A stretch of DNA of 64,000 bases from a virus (IMGVR_UViG_3300037042_004723:96001-160000), one strand, 5' to 3'. Shown: positions 35,510 to 45,774, counted from the stretch's first letter. A program made the numbers and translations. Notes: a model not told the origin generated them from the sequence alone.

Positions 35510-37158
35510 TGTTGAAAAGAAATTCATGGATTGACACGGTCCAGCTGCTGCGTGCCGGTCAATTGAAGGAGATCATGCTGGAGACGACCGAACTGGCGAG
35601 GCCTGGCAATATTGGCCAAGCTGCTCTTGCCCAGCAGGCCGCTCAGGCCGCTCCAGCCCCGCAGGCCGCTCCAGACCCGCGCCTGGCTATGCCGTCACCA
35701 GGCGCCCCAGATCCACTGGCCGCCCAGGCGCCGCCAGCGCAGCAGCAACCGGCTTGGGCCAAGTGGGGGGCTGTTCCGGGGAAGACCGAGCTGCATAGTA
35801 CCGAACCAAGCTTGGCGTCGAGAACCAGGCCGGACTTGGCCCAACCAGCCGAGCGTCACTCGTCTTTTCATAAGGCATATCACGACAAGGCAGCGACTAA
35901 TAAGTCACTGGCCAGACTCATGTCCGCCGGCAACGTCAATCTCGTTTATCATGGACAATTAGACAGCGGGCACAATTATATAGCTAAGCCAGTATCCGGC
36001 ATGTGGCACCGTCACCAAAAGACTGGCCAGATGGATCCGTATACTCTGAATCAGTACACGCAAGATCAGCCGAACATGGCCAATCGCCATGACGCGACAT
36101 ACGAATTGATGTCGGCCATGGGGGCTCATCATATGGTTACGCCAGGCATGCAGACGAATATGCATCAGCGTCATCAGTTTGGAGGCCCGGATCCGGACCC
36201 GAATGCGGATAAATTTCAGCGCAGGGAAATGGCCAGCGGCGTTGCTGGCGAATCTGCTCACGTAAATGAGTTCGTGCCCGGACTGGTGATGGCGGGAAAA
36301 TCTTCTAGTGGAGAGCTAGGCAAAGTTGACGCAGAGCATCGTCTTCATGGAATGGTTGCCCATTTGCTTTTTGGTAATCAGGATGGACACCATGAAAATG
36401 TGATGATTCATCAGAAGACCGGCCACCCGGTACTGATCGACCACGACATGGCGCTGGATTCCGTCAATTCCCGTGGAAACATGATGAGGTACGGCGCTCA
36501 CTCGGTTAAGTCAGTATTCTCGCCGGGGGGCATCCTTGACTATCAGGCTAAATTGCCCAGGGATAGTAACGGTCAAATAATTCCAGTTGGGAAAAATTAT
36601 CCGCCCAGGATGAGAGAGGTGCTCGATAGAGTTGCCGACGGCTATTATACCGAGGGGCCTGGTAAGTTAAACCTGTCACCGGGAGATCACGCAGACCTCC
36701 AGCATCACGCCCGCGACTTGCTGACCCATGGCCTTGAGGACACCCTTGATAGAAGAGTTGACATTTACAACCCGCATAAGGCGAAGAAGGCCGCTCCGGC
36801 GAAGAAGGCCGCTCCGGCGGCAGTAGCTCCGGCGAAGAAGGCCGCTCCGGCGGCAGTAGCTCCGGCGAAGAAGGCCGCTCCGGCGGCAGTAGCTCCGGCG
36901 AAGAAGGCCGCTCCGGCGGCAGTAGCTCCGGCGGCAGTAGCTCCGGCGGCAGCCGCTAAGGCTCTTAAGCAGCGTAAGAAGCCGGAGCCGCGAAAGCGTC
37001 CCCCGGTGACAGAGAAACCGGCAGCACAAGCCAAGGCGCCGTTGCACCACGGGTCGGTTCAGCGAGCACTTGACGATATCAGGGTTAAGCCGGACAATTC
37101 TGTTCAGAGGGCGCTCAAGGGCATCAGGTTCAGCGCGCCTGGCAAGGGGAAAAAGTAG
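35509..37158 (+). CDS. PI3/4-kinase/HipA-like kinase with intact motifs and a Lys/Ala/Pro-rich tail
   Basis: YIAKP lysine, FGNQDGHHENVM catalytic loop, VLIDHD metal-binding motif. Confidence 0.78.
   Translation: MLKRNSWIDTVQLLRAGQLKEIMLETTELARPGNIGQAALAQQAAQAAPAPQAAPDPRLAMPSPGAPDPLAAQAPPAQQQPAWAKWGAVPGKTELHSTEPSLASRTRPDLAQPAERHSSFHKAYHDKAATNKSLARLMSAGNVNLVYHGQLDSGHNYIAKPVSGMWHRHQKTGQMDPYTLNQYTQDQPNMANRHDATYELMSAMGAHHMVTPGMQTNMHQRHQFGGPDPDPNADKFQRREMASGVAGESAHVNEFVPGLVMAGKSSSGELGKVDAEHRLHGMVAHLLFGNQDGHHENVMIHQKTGHPVLIDHDMALDSVNSRGNMMRYGAHSVKSVFSPGGILDYQAKLPRDSNGQIIPVGKNYPPRMREVLDRVADGYYTEGPGKLNLSPGDHADLQHHARDLLTHGLEDTLDRRVDIYNPHKAKKAAPAKKAAPAAVAPAKKAAPAAVAPAKKAAPAAVAPAKKAAPAAVAPAAVAPAAAAKALKQRKKPEPRKRPPVTEKPAAQAKAPLHHGSVQRALDDIRVKPDNSVQRALKGIRFSAPGKGKK
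36781..36945 (+). repeat. Perfect coding tandem repeats (AKKAAP x5, AAVAP x5)
   Basis: 18-nt GCGAAGAAGGCCGCTCCG and 15-nt GCGGCAGTAGCTCCG modules in the order K K A K A K A K A A, all identical. Confidence 0.95.
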
Positions 37159-37464
37159 ATGAAATTTTTGATTACGTCATCGGTTGAGACGGGCAGGGTT
37201 GATCAGATTCTGTGGAAGGAAGGGGATATCGTCGTGTCCAAGACGCTGTACAGAGACGGCACCCAAGAAAAGAGGACAACCTATCACGCTACGTTGTTTG
37301 ATGCCGCCGGAGAAATGGGCAACGGGTACAGCAGCTCTCGCCTTGTGGATGTTGCTGATGTTAGGTCTGCGGAGAAGTATCTAGGCAAGTCGTCCGACTT
37401 GGTCAATGCATTGCCGGAGCAGGACATTTATGCCCCCGACGAGCCAAGCATCAACGCTTCGTAG
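37159..37464 (+). CDS. Small protein 3, upstream of the third kinase-like gene
   Basis: 101 aa; abuts the previous stop. Confidence 0.65.
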   Translation: MKFLITSSVETGRVDQILWKEGDIVVSKTLYRDGTQEKRTTYHATLFDAAGEMGNGYSSSRLVDVADVRSAEKYLGKSSDLVNALPEQDIYAPDEPSINAS

Positions 37465-38767
37465 TGTATTCGGGGCCCTTTCCCAAAATCCGCCAGGCCT
37501 GTCAGCGCGACTAAACGACAAGCCTTCCATAGACGATACAACACCAGCTCTCGACGAGCTTCCGGCAACCCCTGTTCTTCATGAGAAGACCGGGGTTGTC
37601 TTGTTGCCGGCCGCCAGGATCGATGGCTCGGTTACCGATTCGTCATGGAGCATCGGTGAGCCAGCCCTCTGGACTTGGCTACGCACGGCTCCAATTGAGC
37701 ATCTTGAGGAGCGAGTACAGGATGGACTAGGTGGGTCGTTTTGGGTTCGATGTCGGAACCAAGAAGGAGAGCTGCGAAGTGCTGTTCTTCGTTTTGATAC
37801 CGTTGGATTTGATACGATTTATGAGGCATGGGGCCAGGAATATGGCCTTTCCGTCGAGAACCATGACGTCCTAAGACGCGAGCAGGCTGCTTACGAGATT
37901 GCCAAGGGGATCGGATGCGAAGATCTGCTGCCTCCGATAGCCATCAGAGAGGCGAATCTTGTTCCTTTGATTTCCGATGCAGTCAGGGACAAGGTTGCCG
38001 CCGAGCTTGGTATCGATCAGATACTCGTGGACGAGACGTTTGGCGTCATTGCCGCACTGCAGGCGACTCCGTTAAACGCCCGCAATTTTGTCGAGTACTG
38101 GGCGACCCTGGGGCCAGATGCCACCAACAGGTGGGCGAGGTCGTCAAGCGCACTCAGGCACGGCCTTTATCGAATGATTGCTTTGGACTTTGTGCTCGGA
38201 ACTGGAAATCGATCGCTGGCCGACTTTCTCTTCAATGAGGCTTCCGGGTCGGTGGTTGCCTATGGATTTGGTGTAACCCTGCCAAGTCCGACTGCTACAG
38301 CGGATGGATATCTTGCCCATAGAGCGCGCGGATGGGGCAGGCGACTCGCTGGTCCACTCGAAGAGCCAGCCCCTGGTTCCCCACCGTTTGGATCTGACAC
38401 GTCATTCCTGATTCATGGATTTGGCGATCGTGAGCGGGCCGAATGCTTGATGACGTTCAAGCAGATGTCCAAGGCTGCCGACGAGACGATCGTAGGACTT
38501 TTGTGTCGAATCATGATCGAGGTCGGCGTTCCGGTTGAACACGTTGCGGGCTTTGTCGCTAGGCTTTCCTTCCTTCAGGAAGATCCAGAGTCGGTTATCA
38601 GTAACCAATTCGACTTCGTCAGAAGCATCCTGGTTCCGATGCGGCGTGGTTACGGATTTGAGGCTGGGCGCAACGCCAAGATGGTCGAAACCGTCAATCA
38701 GATCATGACGACGGCATCCGGCCAGGAGTACGACTTCGCTTCTGCGATGCAGGCCCAGCAGGGATAG
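37430..38767 (+). CDS. PI3/4-kinase/HipA-like fold protein, predicted pseudokinase
   Basis: RREQAAYEIAKGIGCEDLLPP and LDFVLGTGNRSLAD (catalytic D to N); AYGFG; paralog of 33616. Confidence 0.72.
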   Translation: MPPTSQASTLRSVFGALSQNPPGLSARLNDKPSIDDTTPALDELPATPVLHEKTGVVLLPAARIDGSVTDSSWSIGEPALWTWLRTAPIEHLEERVQDGLGGSFWVRCRNQEGELRSAVLRFDTVGFDTIYEAWGQEYGLSVENHDVLRREQAAYEIAKGIGCEDLLPPIAIREANLVPLISDAVRDKVAAELGIDQILVDETFGVIAALQATPLNARNFVEYWATLGPDATNRWARSSSALRHGLYRMIALDFVLGTGNRSLADFLFNEASGSVVAYGFGVTLPSPTATADGYLAHRARGWGRRLAGPLEEPAPGSPPFGSDTSFLIHGFGDRERAECLMTFKQMSKAADETIVGLLCRIMIEVGVPVEHVAGFVARLSFLQEDPESVISNQFDFVRSILVPMRRGYGFEAGRNAKMVETVNQIMTTASGQEYDFASAMQAQQG

Positions 38768-38822
38768 CTGCGCAAACACTTGCGCTGGTGTCTATTGCAA
38801 CATCATCTGCAATTGAGCTGGA

Positions 38823-38852
38823 TTGCGTTTTTAGCTAAGATCTTGGTAGGTT
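38823..38852 (+). promoter_or_regulatory. Possible promoter of the packaging genes
   Basis: TTGCGT-N18-TAGGTT. Confidence 0.35.
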
Positions 38853-38895
38853 CTGTGACCATCAATGATGTGGTCAGGTAAACTTTTACCAAGGT

Positions 38896-39666
38896 ATGGT
38901 GATGTCCAACAACGGCACTCGTAGACCGTCTATTCGACCAGTAAGCCGTGAGCCGAAGAAGGCTGCGTCCGCGCTTCAGGATTGCCGGTGCTTTGAGGAA
39001 GTTGAGCGCAGGACCAGGATGGGATGGCCATCCTCGGATCTGGCCAAATTTATCCAAGAAGATAGCCAGGAGCTAGTTCACCTGAGCCAGTCATACGTCA
39101 GGAAGATGGTGGACGACTTCAGGAAGACCATCCCACCAGCCGAGCTGTTGCTGACGACGCAGAACACGACCGTAGCGATGCATTCGGCCCAGAAGGTTGC
39201 GAACGGCATGGAGGAGCTGGCTAAGCTTAGCGAGCTGTATGACCTCCAGATGGATCGCATCAAGATCGACGTTGAGAACGAGAAGAAGATCAATAAGCTC
39301 TTCCAGACGACGGGCCGAGAGATCTTCTATGCGATGAAGATTCTCAAGCAGACGTCAGACCTGAAGATGGATCTGGGTCTGGCCAAGCGGCAACTTGGAG
39401 AGGTGTCCGTGTCCGGGCAGGCGGCTGTTCAGATTGGTGATCGATACACTGATGGGGTCGGCAGGGTGATGGCTGATCCGGACAGTCGGCGGAAGGTGCT
39501 TGGCATGGTGGAGACGCTCATGTCTCTAGGTGCCAAGGCCAACCTAGACGCCACCGAGATTGTCAGAAGCGCAACCACGTTTGTGGCCGATGACGTCATT
39601 GACATCGAACCTTCAGCATCCGCTGAGTTGCCAAATGATGAGCAGCCAGAGGGCGCAGAAGAGTAG
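38896..39666 (+). CDS. Probable terminase small subunit
   Basis: N-terminal HTH-like segment plus coiled coil; ends 2 nt upstream of TerL. Positional inference. Confidence 0.55.
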   Translation: MVMSNNGTRRPSIRPVSREPKKAASALQDCRCFEEVERRTRMGWPSSDLAKFIQEDSQELVHLSQSYVRKMVDDFRKTIPPAELLLTTQNTTVAMHSAQKVANGMEELAKLSELYDLQMDRIKIDVENEKKINKLFQTTGREIFYAMKILKQTSDLKMDLGLAKRQLGEVSVSGQAAVQIGDRYTDGVGRVMADPDSRRKVLGMVETLMSLGAKANLDATEIVRSATTFVADDVIDIEPSASAELPNDEQPEGAEE

Positions 39667-39668
39667 TC

Positions 39669-42600
39669 ATGGCCATCAGGGATCTTGGTGGGAGAGTTCG
39701 CAGCGAGCAGACGAAGGACGAGGTGCTTCGTCTGCTGAGGACTGAATTTGCGAACCTGAGCGACGAAGAAAAGCAGGCGGTGATGCTCTGCCTGAAGGAG
39801 CTTGATGACCCGGCGTTCAACGACATGGAGGCCAATGGGGAGGTCGCCCCTACGAGGATCTACGATGTCTTGACCGAGGCTGAATATATTCGCAAGCCAG
39901 TCGACATCGAGACGTTCGTCAGAGATCCATATTATCTCGGGAAGACCTGCGATGTTCTCTATCCGAAGCTTCTCGACGATATGAAGGAGCTGTTTGGCGG
40001 TCACTACCGAGAGACCATCCTGAGCGGTAGCATCGGTTGGGGGAAGTGCCTGGATTCATTGACAGAACTATATAACACGAAGACCGGGAGGCGAGAGCTT
40101 ATTTCCGACGTATCGGACCTTGGCGTCGCCTCGATGGTCGACGGGGGCGGAATAGAGCCCAGGGATGCGTCCTGCTTCAAGTCGGGCAGGAAGCGGTGCG
40201 TCAGGGTTGCGCTGGCCGACGGGAAGTCGATCGTTGCCAGCAACGACCACAGAATCTTCACTGCGCGAGGGTGGGTGGGGGCGTCTAAGCTTGGCTGTGA
40301 CGACTTGGTCGCCACTCCAAGGAAGCTGCCAGATCCGGACTCAACAACCGACGTTGCCGATTCCGTTGTGAAGCTGGTGGCGTACCTGTTGGCCGACGGA
40401 GGGTGTACCGGGCCGACGACGTTCACCAACGCCTGCGAGGATGTACTTGTTGAGTTCTGTGAGCTTGTCAACGAGCTTGGCGACAGCTCTCAGTATGACA
40501 AGTGGCACCGGCACATAGAGACTGGTGTTGCCATCGTCGATGATGGCAACAGCGGGATGGCCCTGACACTGAGGGCTAGTGGGGTCAGGCACCTGGTTAC
40601 AAGGTACGGGTGTGACAAGAAGTCGATCGACAAGCGTATTCCTGCCGAGTTCTATGGGTTGCCAAGGAACCAGGTTGCTCTCTTTTTGAACCGATTCTGG
40701 GCGTGCGACGGGTCGTTTTCCGTGGCATCGCCCAGGAAGGTTGAGATTGGGCTGGGATCCGAGGGGCTCGTAGATGACTTGATGTTCTTGTTGCTTCGCC
40801 TTGGGATTCAGTCGCGCAAGTACTACAAGAAAAAATCTTGCACTTACAAGGGAGAGAAGAAGTGGTTCGACTCGTGGTGCCTTACGGTAACGGACAGGGA
40901 TGGCATCATTAGCTTTCTGGACGCCGTTGGACCAGTGGTTGGCAAGGTCGATAAGTGCATGGCGCTGCGTGCGGCGTGCGAGGCCGTCAAGTCGAATCCG
41001 AACTGCGATGTTGTTCCGGTTGGCAATGCGGAGCTGCTTGAGATAAGGTCTGAGCTTGGCTCTCGTGGCGGAGGGCTTTCCGCTAGGTTTGGATGTCCAG
41101 AGGGGCAGCTGTTCTCTCGCCAGCGATTTGAGAAGCTTTGTTCTGAGTATGAGTACGTCGGCAAGTATTCGTGGCTGGCCGGGTCGGATATCTACTGGTC
41201 GAAGATCAAGGAGGTCGTCGATGTTGGAGACCGCGATGTCTACGACCTGACGGTCCCAGGTACCGAGAATTTTGTTGCGAACAACATAGTGGTTCACAAC
41301 AGTTTCTTTGCGTCCATCGCAGCCTGTCGGATCATCTACGAGCTGTCGTGCATGCGAGATCCGCACAAGAGCTTCGGCATCGGTAAGGGCACCGACATCA
41401 CGATGGTCGTTCTTTCTGTCAAGGAAGACCTAGCGATCAAGGTCGCCTTCGAAAACATCGCAAATAAGATCAAGGAAAGCGATTATTTCAAGGAGAACTT
41501 CCCCTTCAAGCCGATGAAGAAGGAGATCATCTTCCCCAGTAAGATCCAGATCGCAGCTCGTGCCTCAACGGATAGCGCAGCACTCGGTCTCAACGTCTTC
41601 GCGGCTTGGATTGACGAGTCCAACTTCATGCAGCCCATGAAGAAGAAGGGCGGGATCGAAAGTCGCGTCGGGAACATGGATCGAGCCCAGTTCCTCTACG
41701 ACCAGCTTATTCGTCGTATGAAGTCTCGCTTCCAGCGCCACGGCAAGTTGCCAGGCATGATGATCGTGGTGTCGTCGAAGCAGACGCGCGATGACTTCAC
41801 GGCCAAGCGGATCAAGGACTCCAAGGACGACCCAACCGTCTTCGTTCGCGACTATGCAACCTGGCACGTGAAGCCGGATGGGATTTACTCCAAGGAGACG
41901 TTTTATGTCCTCGTGGGAAACGACTTGGTCCCGTCTAAGGTCCTCACACCTGAGGAGATCGACGTCACCAGGGATAAGCTACAGGACGGGATGCTCATCA
42001 TTGATGTCCCTATCGACTTCAAGAACGATTTCACGAGCAATATCGAAGACTCCATTCGAGACATTGCCGGCGTCGAGACGGTTTCGGTGTCGCCGTTTAT
42101 CCAGCAGCGAGATCTGATCATCCCGTGCATCGACGTTAATCGTCAGCATCCGTTTACCGTTGAGGAGTGGGTCCCCACCGAGCACGGAAAGTTCGTGTGG
42201 TCGAGGCTGGCCAGACAGGTGGAAGTCCGCGACGGCGCTTCGATTAGTCGAGAATGGCAGCCGTTGTTTCACCAGGGCGCCGCCAGGCATATTCACATCG
42301 ATCCATCGCTCAACTCCGATGCGACCGGGTTCGCTGTTGGCTGTGTCACTGGGTACAAGACGGTCGTTCGCCGTGACGAGGAGACGCGCGAGCAGTACAC
42401 AGAGCGAGCCCCTGAGATCTGGGTAGACTTCATGCTTCGCATCAAGCCTCCCATTGGGGGCGAGATTGATCACGGTCTTGTTCGGTCGCTCGTCTATCAG
42501 ATGCAGGCTAAGGGGTTTTCGATCAGCCTAATCACGATGGACCAGTTCAATTGCCTAGTTGCCGGTACGATGGTGCCTACGGCACGCGGGATACTGCCGA

Positions 42601-44060
42601 TCGAGCAGGTCGTTGTCGGGGACATCGTTCAGTCGCGCATCGGTCCTCGTCCGGTCGAGAACACCTGGAACTACGGGGAGAGGGAGACGATCAAGATCGT
42701 CACTCAGGATGGCGATGTTCTTGAGGGGACGCCGAATCACAGGATTGAGATCCAGGTTGGGTGGACCAAGGAGCACCAGAACGAGTACGGGTGGACGAGG
42801 GACCCTGTCTGGGAGTGGAAAACGCTGTCCGAGCTGTCGGTGGGCGATGTGGTCCACATGGCCGATCAGCCGGTCTCCCTTGACCCGCCGGACGTAGAGC
42901 TGAGCGGGTGCAAGGAAGACTTCGGGTGGACGAGTCCGCGTGGCCTGATCGGCAACTGGACGCTGCCGTCAAAGATGACGCCTGAATTGGCCGAGTTCCT
43001 TGGCCTGCTGTGGGGCGACGGCGACGTCTCTGACAAGCTGATCAGGCTGACGTTCCACGTGGACGACACGGAGGACGTCCAAGCGAAGTTCATTGGCCTT
43101 TTCGGTGAATGCCCAGCTGTCGAGGTTAGTCGTCTGACGGACAAATGCGCGTCCGTTCGTTTTGGATCCACGTGGGTGTGCCGATGGATGGCGCACAACG
43201 GCCTGGTCAAGCCGACGATCCCTGATGCCGTCATGCGTTCAAGCAAGGCAGTCAAGTCGGCGTTCCTAAGGGGACTTTTCTCTGCCGACGGCGCGGTCAG
43301 CAAGATTGACGGAGAGATCTCTCTGGGAACGTCGGTGAGATGCCTCGCTGAGCAGGTGCGGCTAATTCTCCGCGCCGACTTTGGGATTGAGAGCTGCCTG
43401 GTGACCACGGAGAAGAAGTACAAGAGCCAGCAGGCGATGCCAGGGTGGCACGGTGGGCTTCACTACGTAGTGTCCGTTCGTGGCCCCAGGAGGCGGTTCC
43501 AGGAGAGAGTCGGGTTCTGCTATCGGGGCAAGTCAGAGATGCTGGCGAGACATGTCGAGGTGAATGGGCGCCGCAAGTTCTCGAAGATTGTCGACATCGA
43601 GCATGGGTTCGGAGAGGTGTTCGACATTCAGGTTGCAGACGACCCGTCGTACATCGCGAATGGGTTCGTTTCGCACAATTCGGCAAGCTCTCTGCAGACA
43701 TTTGCCACTAAGGGAATTACGGCCGAGCGCCTGTCCGTAGATAAGCCGATGGATGCGTACGATATCCTTAAGACAGCTATCTACGAGAACAGGCTCAGCT
43801 TCTACGGATACAATCCGTTGCTTGAAGAGTTGCGGTGGATCCAGAAAGACAACATCCGCAACAAGGTGGACCACCCACAGGGCAAATCCAAGGATCTCGC
43901 GGACGCCCTGGCTGGTATCGTCTTCTCGTTGACGACGATGTATCACGGCCCCCCGATGGGGGTGTACAAGGGGATATCGCAGTTCAATGACCCGGTAGCC
44001 GAGGAACAGCGAGAGATCGTAGAAGAGGACTTCCCCCTGCTACCTTTTCTGCAAGGATGA
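39669..44060 (+). CDS. terL: Terminase large subunit with two inteins
   Basis: Walker A GSIGWGK|S, Walker B AWIDES, nuclease HIHID, MDQ, DHP..KSKDLADA; 669 aa after splicing. Confidence 0.93.
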   Translation: MAIRDLGGRVRSEQTKDEVLRLLRTEFANLSDEEKQAVMLCLKELDDPAFNDMEANGEVAPTRIYDVLTEAEYIRKPVDIETFVRDPYYLGKTCDVLYPKLLDDMKELFGGHYRETILSGSIGWGKCLDSLTELYNTKTGRRELISDVSDLGVASMVDGGGIEPRDASCFKSGRKRCVRVALADGKSIVASNDHRIFTARGWVGASKLGCDDLVATPRKLPDPDSTTDVADSVVKLVAYLLADGGCTGPTTFTNACEDVLVEFCELVNELGDSSQYDKWHRHIETGVAIVDDGNSGMALTLRASGVRHLVTRYGCDKKSIDKRIPAEFYGLPRNQVALFLNRFWACDGSFSVASPRKVEIGLGSEGLVDDLMFLLLRLGIQSRKYYKKKSCTYKGEKKWFDSWCLTVTDRDGIISFLDAVGPVVGKVDKCMALRAACEAVKSNPNCDVVPVGNAELLEIRSELGSRGGGLSARFGCPEGQLFSRQRFEKLCSEYEYVGKYSWLAGSDIYWSKIKEVVDVGDRDVYDLTVPGTENFVANNIVVHNSFFASIAACRIIYELSCMRDPHKSFGIGKGTDITMVVLSVKEDLAIKVAFENIANKIKESDYFKENFPFKPMKKEIIFPSKIQIAARASTDSAALGLNVFAAWIDESNFMQPMKKKGGIESRVGNMDRAQFLYDQLIRRMKSRFQRHGKLPGMMIVVSSKQTRDDFTAKRIKDSKDDPTVFVRDYATWHVKPDGIYSKETFYVLVGNDLVPSKVLTPEEIDVTRDKLQDGMLIIDVPIDFKNDFTSNIEDSIRDIAGVETVSVSPFIQQRDLIIPCIDVNRQHPFTVEEWVPTEHGKFVWSRLARQVEVRDGASISREWQPLFHQGAARHIHIDPSLNSDATGFAVGCVTGYKTVVRRDEETREQYTERAPEIWVDFMLRIKPPIGGEIDHGLVRSLVYQMQAKGFSISLITMDQFNCLVAGTMVPTARGILPIEQVVVGDIVQSRIGPRPVENTWNYGERETIKIVTQDGDVLEGTPNHRIEIQVGWTKEHQNEYGWTRDPVWEWKTLSELSVGDVVHMADQPVSLDPPDVELSGCKEDFGWTSPRGLIGNWTLPSKMTPELAEFLGLLWGDGDVSDKLIRLTFHVDDTEDVQAKFIGLFGECPAVEVSRLTDKCASVRFGSTWVCRWMAHNGLVKPTIPDAVMRSSKAVKSAFLRGLFSADGAVSKIDGEISLGTSVRCLAEQVRLILRADFGIESCLVTTEKKYKSQQAMPGWHGGLHYVVSVRGPRRRFQERVGFCYRGKSEMLARHVEVNGRRKFSKIVDIEHGFGEVFDIQVADDPSYIANGFVSHNSASSLQTFATKGITAERLSVDKPMDAYDILKTAIYENRLSFYGYNPLLEELRWIQKDNIRNKVDHPQGKSKDLADALAGIVFSLTTMYHGPPMGVYKGISQFNDPVAEEQREIVEEDFPLLPFLQG
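40047..41300 (+). mobile_element. TerL intein 1 (LAGLIDADG, 418 aa)
   Basis: GK|CLDSLT...SNDHRI...VAYLLADG...FWACDG...IVVHN|S. Confidence 0.95.
42552..43679 (+). mobile_element. TerL intein 2 (LAGLIDADG, 376 aa)
   Basis: FN|CLVAGT...TPNHRI...LGLLWGDG...LRGLFSADG...FVSHN|S. Confidence 0.95.
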
Positions 44061-44704
44061 TCATGACGGAACGAAAAAAGCACAGGAAACGCAAGAAGCG
44101 AGAGCGTGCTTTGTCAGTATTTCCAGTGCTTTACCCGTCGAGTATGGGTACTCCGTTCGGCTACCGCCCTGGATCTGCGAACGATTCAGGTGGAACGCCT
44201 CCGGCGCCTCCTCCAGGCGACGGCGGGGCGGGCGGCGGTGGAGGTGAGTCTGTATTTATTCGGCCGACCAGAGCCAGGGTTCTGCATGAGATGAGACGTG
44301 CCTTTGGGCTTATTGAGTATTTCAATGATGCGCCCAACGTCGCTATGGGCGGGTTCTCCATGCCCAGCTTCGCGGCGGCTTCAATGCGTGCCGGCGGTCC
44401 AGTAATCGGTGGTCCTGGTTTCGAGTACAACGGCGATGGCGAGGGCGGGAAGTACGACTTCAAGAAGTCTCCCGGGCTTGGGTTTCGTACCGAGATAGCT
44501 TGGAGGATTTGGGAAAAGGCGATGGAAGTCGTTAGTCAAGACAAGACGCTTCCCAAGCACTCGGTTTTGCTTAGGGCGATGGCCAAGGCTGGCGTACATC
44601 GAGGCCAGATGGATCCGGCTGAGTTCCGCCTGCTTGAGATGGGTATCGAGTGGTACCTGAGCGCCGCTGGTGCTCTGGCGGCTGGCAGGAATGTATTTTA
44701 CTAG
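44057..44704 (+). CDS. Gly/Pro-rich hypothetical protein
   Basis: 215 aa; coupled to TerL. Confidence 0.7.
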   Translation: MIMTERKKHRKRKKRERALSVFPVLYPSSMGTPFGYRPGSANDSGGTPPAPPPGDGGAGGGGGESVFIRPTRARVLHEMRRAFGLIEYFNDAPNVAMGGFSMPSFAAASMRAGGPVIGGPGFEYNGDGEGGKYDFKKSPGLGFRTEIAWRIWEKAMEVVSQDKTLPKHSVLLRAMAKAGVHRGQMDPAEFRLLEMGIEWYLSAAGALAAGRNVFY

Positions 44705-44708
44705 ATAG

Positions 44709-44990
44709 ATGAGTAAAATGAACAGGATACGGCCAGAGCCCAAGAATGATATCTCCCACGCCTTGGGAGACGCCCCGGAGGAGGAGTACACGTTCCTTCT
44801 GGTTCCCGTAGCTGTGTATTCGTTGGTATCTCAACTGGCCAGAAAAGAAGGATGTTCTGTCGGGGAGGTGTTCCAGAGATCTCTTTTGCAGTATCTTCAG
44901 GCCGCTGAGTCGTCCGGCGGTAGGCCGGCAGAGCAGAGACAAGACAGGCCTGAGCCTGATATCGCCGTTCGAAGGAAAAGGAGTCCATGA
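44709..44990 (+). CDS. Hypothetical protein (possible RHH)
   Basis: VPVAVYSLVSQLARKEGCSVGEVF pattern. Confidence 0.6.
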   Translation: MSKMNRIRPEPKNDISHALGDAPEEEYTFLLVPVAVYSLVSQLARKEGCSVGEVFQRSLLQYLQAAESSGGRPAEQRQDRPEPDIAVRRKRSP

Positions 44991-45430
44991 TGTGGCAGAC
45001 GGTTTTAGAGAATCTTATCCCGACGATCTTTGTGATCATCACCCCGGTGATCACCCTGTTCGTCAGCATGTTGCTGCGTCGTCTGGCCAAGAAGTGGCAC
45101 CTGGAGGGCGCGCTTAAGTATGATGAGAAGGTCGACGAGCTGATCCTCAAGGGCATCAAGGCCGTCGAGCAGAAGAGCTTGTCTGCCGTCAGGAAGGGCG
45201 GGGAAATGACTCCCGGCCAGAAGAAGCTCGACGAGGCGATGAAGTTCGTTAACGCGCAGCTGATGGCGATGAAGCTTCCCGAGAAGGCGGCCTCCGAACT
45301 GTCGATGCTCATTGAGTCGAAGCTGTTCGATGGAGCCAAGGGCAAGGAGATTGCCGGAGCCGTGGCAGCGAAGCCAGATGAAGCGGTTAAGGCGGAGATC
45401 GCTGCCGCAACCACCACCCCAGCGGCCTAA
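44987..45430 (+). CDS. Holin-like membrane protein (LL-H type)
   Basis: One N-terminal TM segment, then V.AVEQ...GQKKLDEA..FV...L...IES pattern. Confidence 0.65.
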   Translation: MMWQTVLENLIPTIFVIITPVITLFVSMLLRRLAKKWHLEGALKYDEKVDELILKGIKAVEQKSLSAVRKGGEMTPGQKKLDEAMKFVNAQLMAMKLPEKAASELSMLIESKLFDGAKGKEIAGAVAAKPDEAVKAEIAAATTTPAA

Positions 45431-45444
45431 GGTAGGATTACAAC

Positions 45445-45774
45445 ATGGGCGTTCTAGCTCCAGCATTTCCGGCGCCGAATCCGTCGAATATCAAGTCGAT
45501 CCGGTTCTACGAGACCGGAGTGGCGACCGCGAACTTCACGGATAGCAAGTGGCCGTTCGAGCGGGTAGATCCTGCTGATCCTGCGGTACCGGAGCAGGGG
45601 TGGTCATATTCGATTGAGGTAAGGGCGGTCGGCGGCGACCTTCAGATCTCGTTTGACGGCACCAATGTTCACGGGTTCGTTCTTGCTGGGACGACCAAGC
45701 AGTACGAAAAGCGTCACGAAGGCGGGATTTCAGTTCGTGGAATTGGCGTGACGTATCATGTCGAGGCTTGGTAG
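45445..45774 (+). CDS. Hypothetical beta-rich protein (possible virion component)
   Basis: 109 aa within the structural region. Confidence 0.7.
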   Translation: MGVLAPAFPAPNPSNIKSIRFYETGVATANFTDSKWPFERVDPADPAVPEQGWSYSIEVRAVGGDLQISFDGTNVHGFVLAGTTKQYEKRHEGGISVRGIGVTYHVEAW

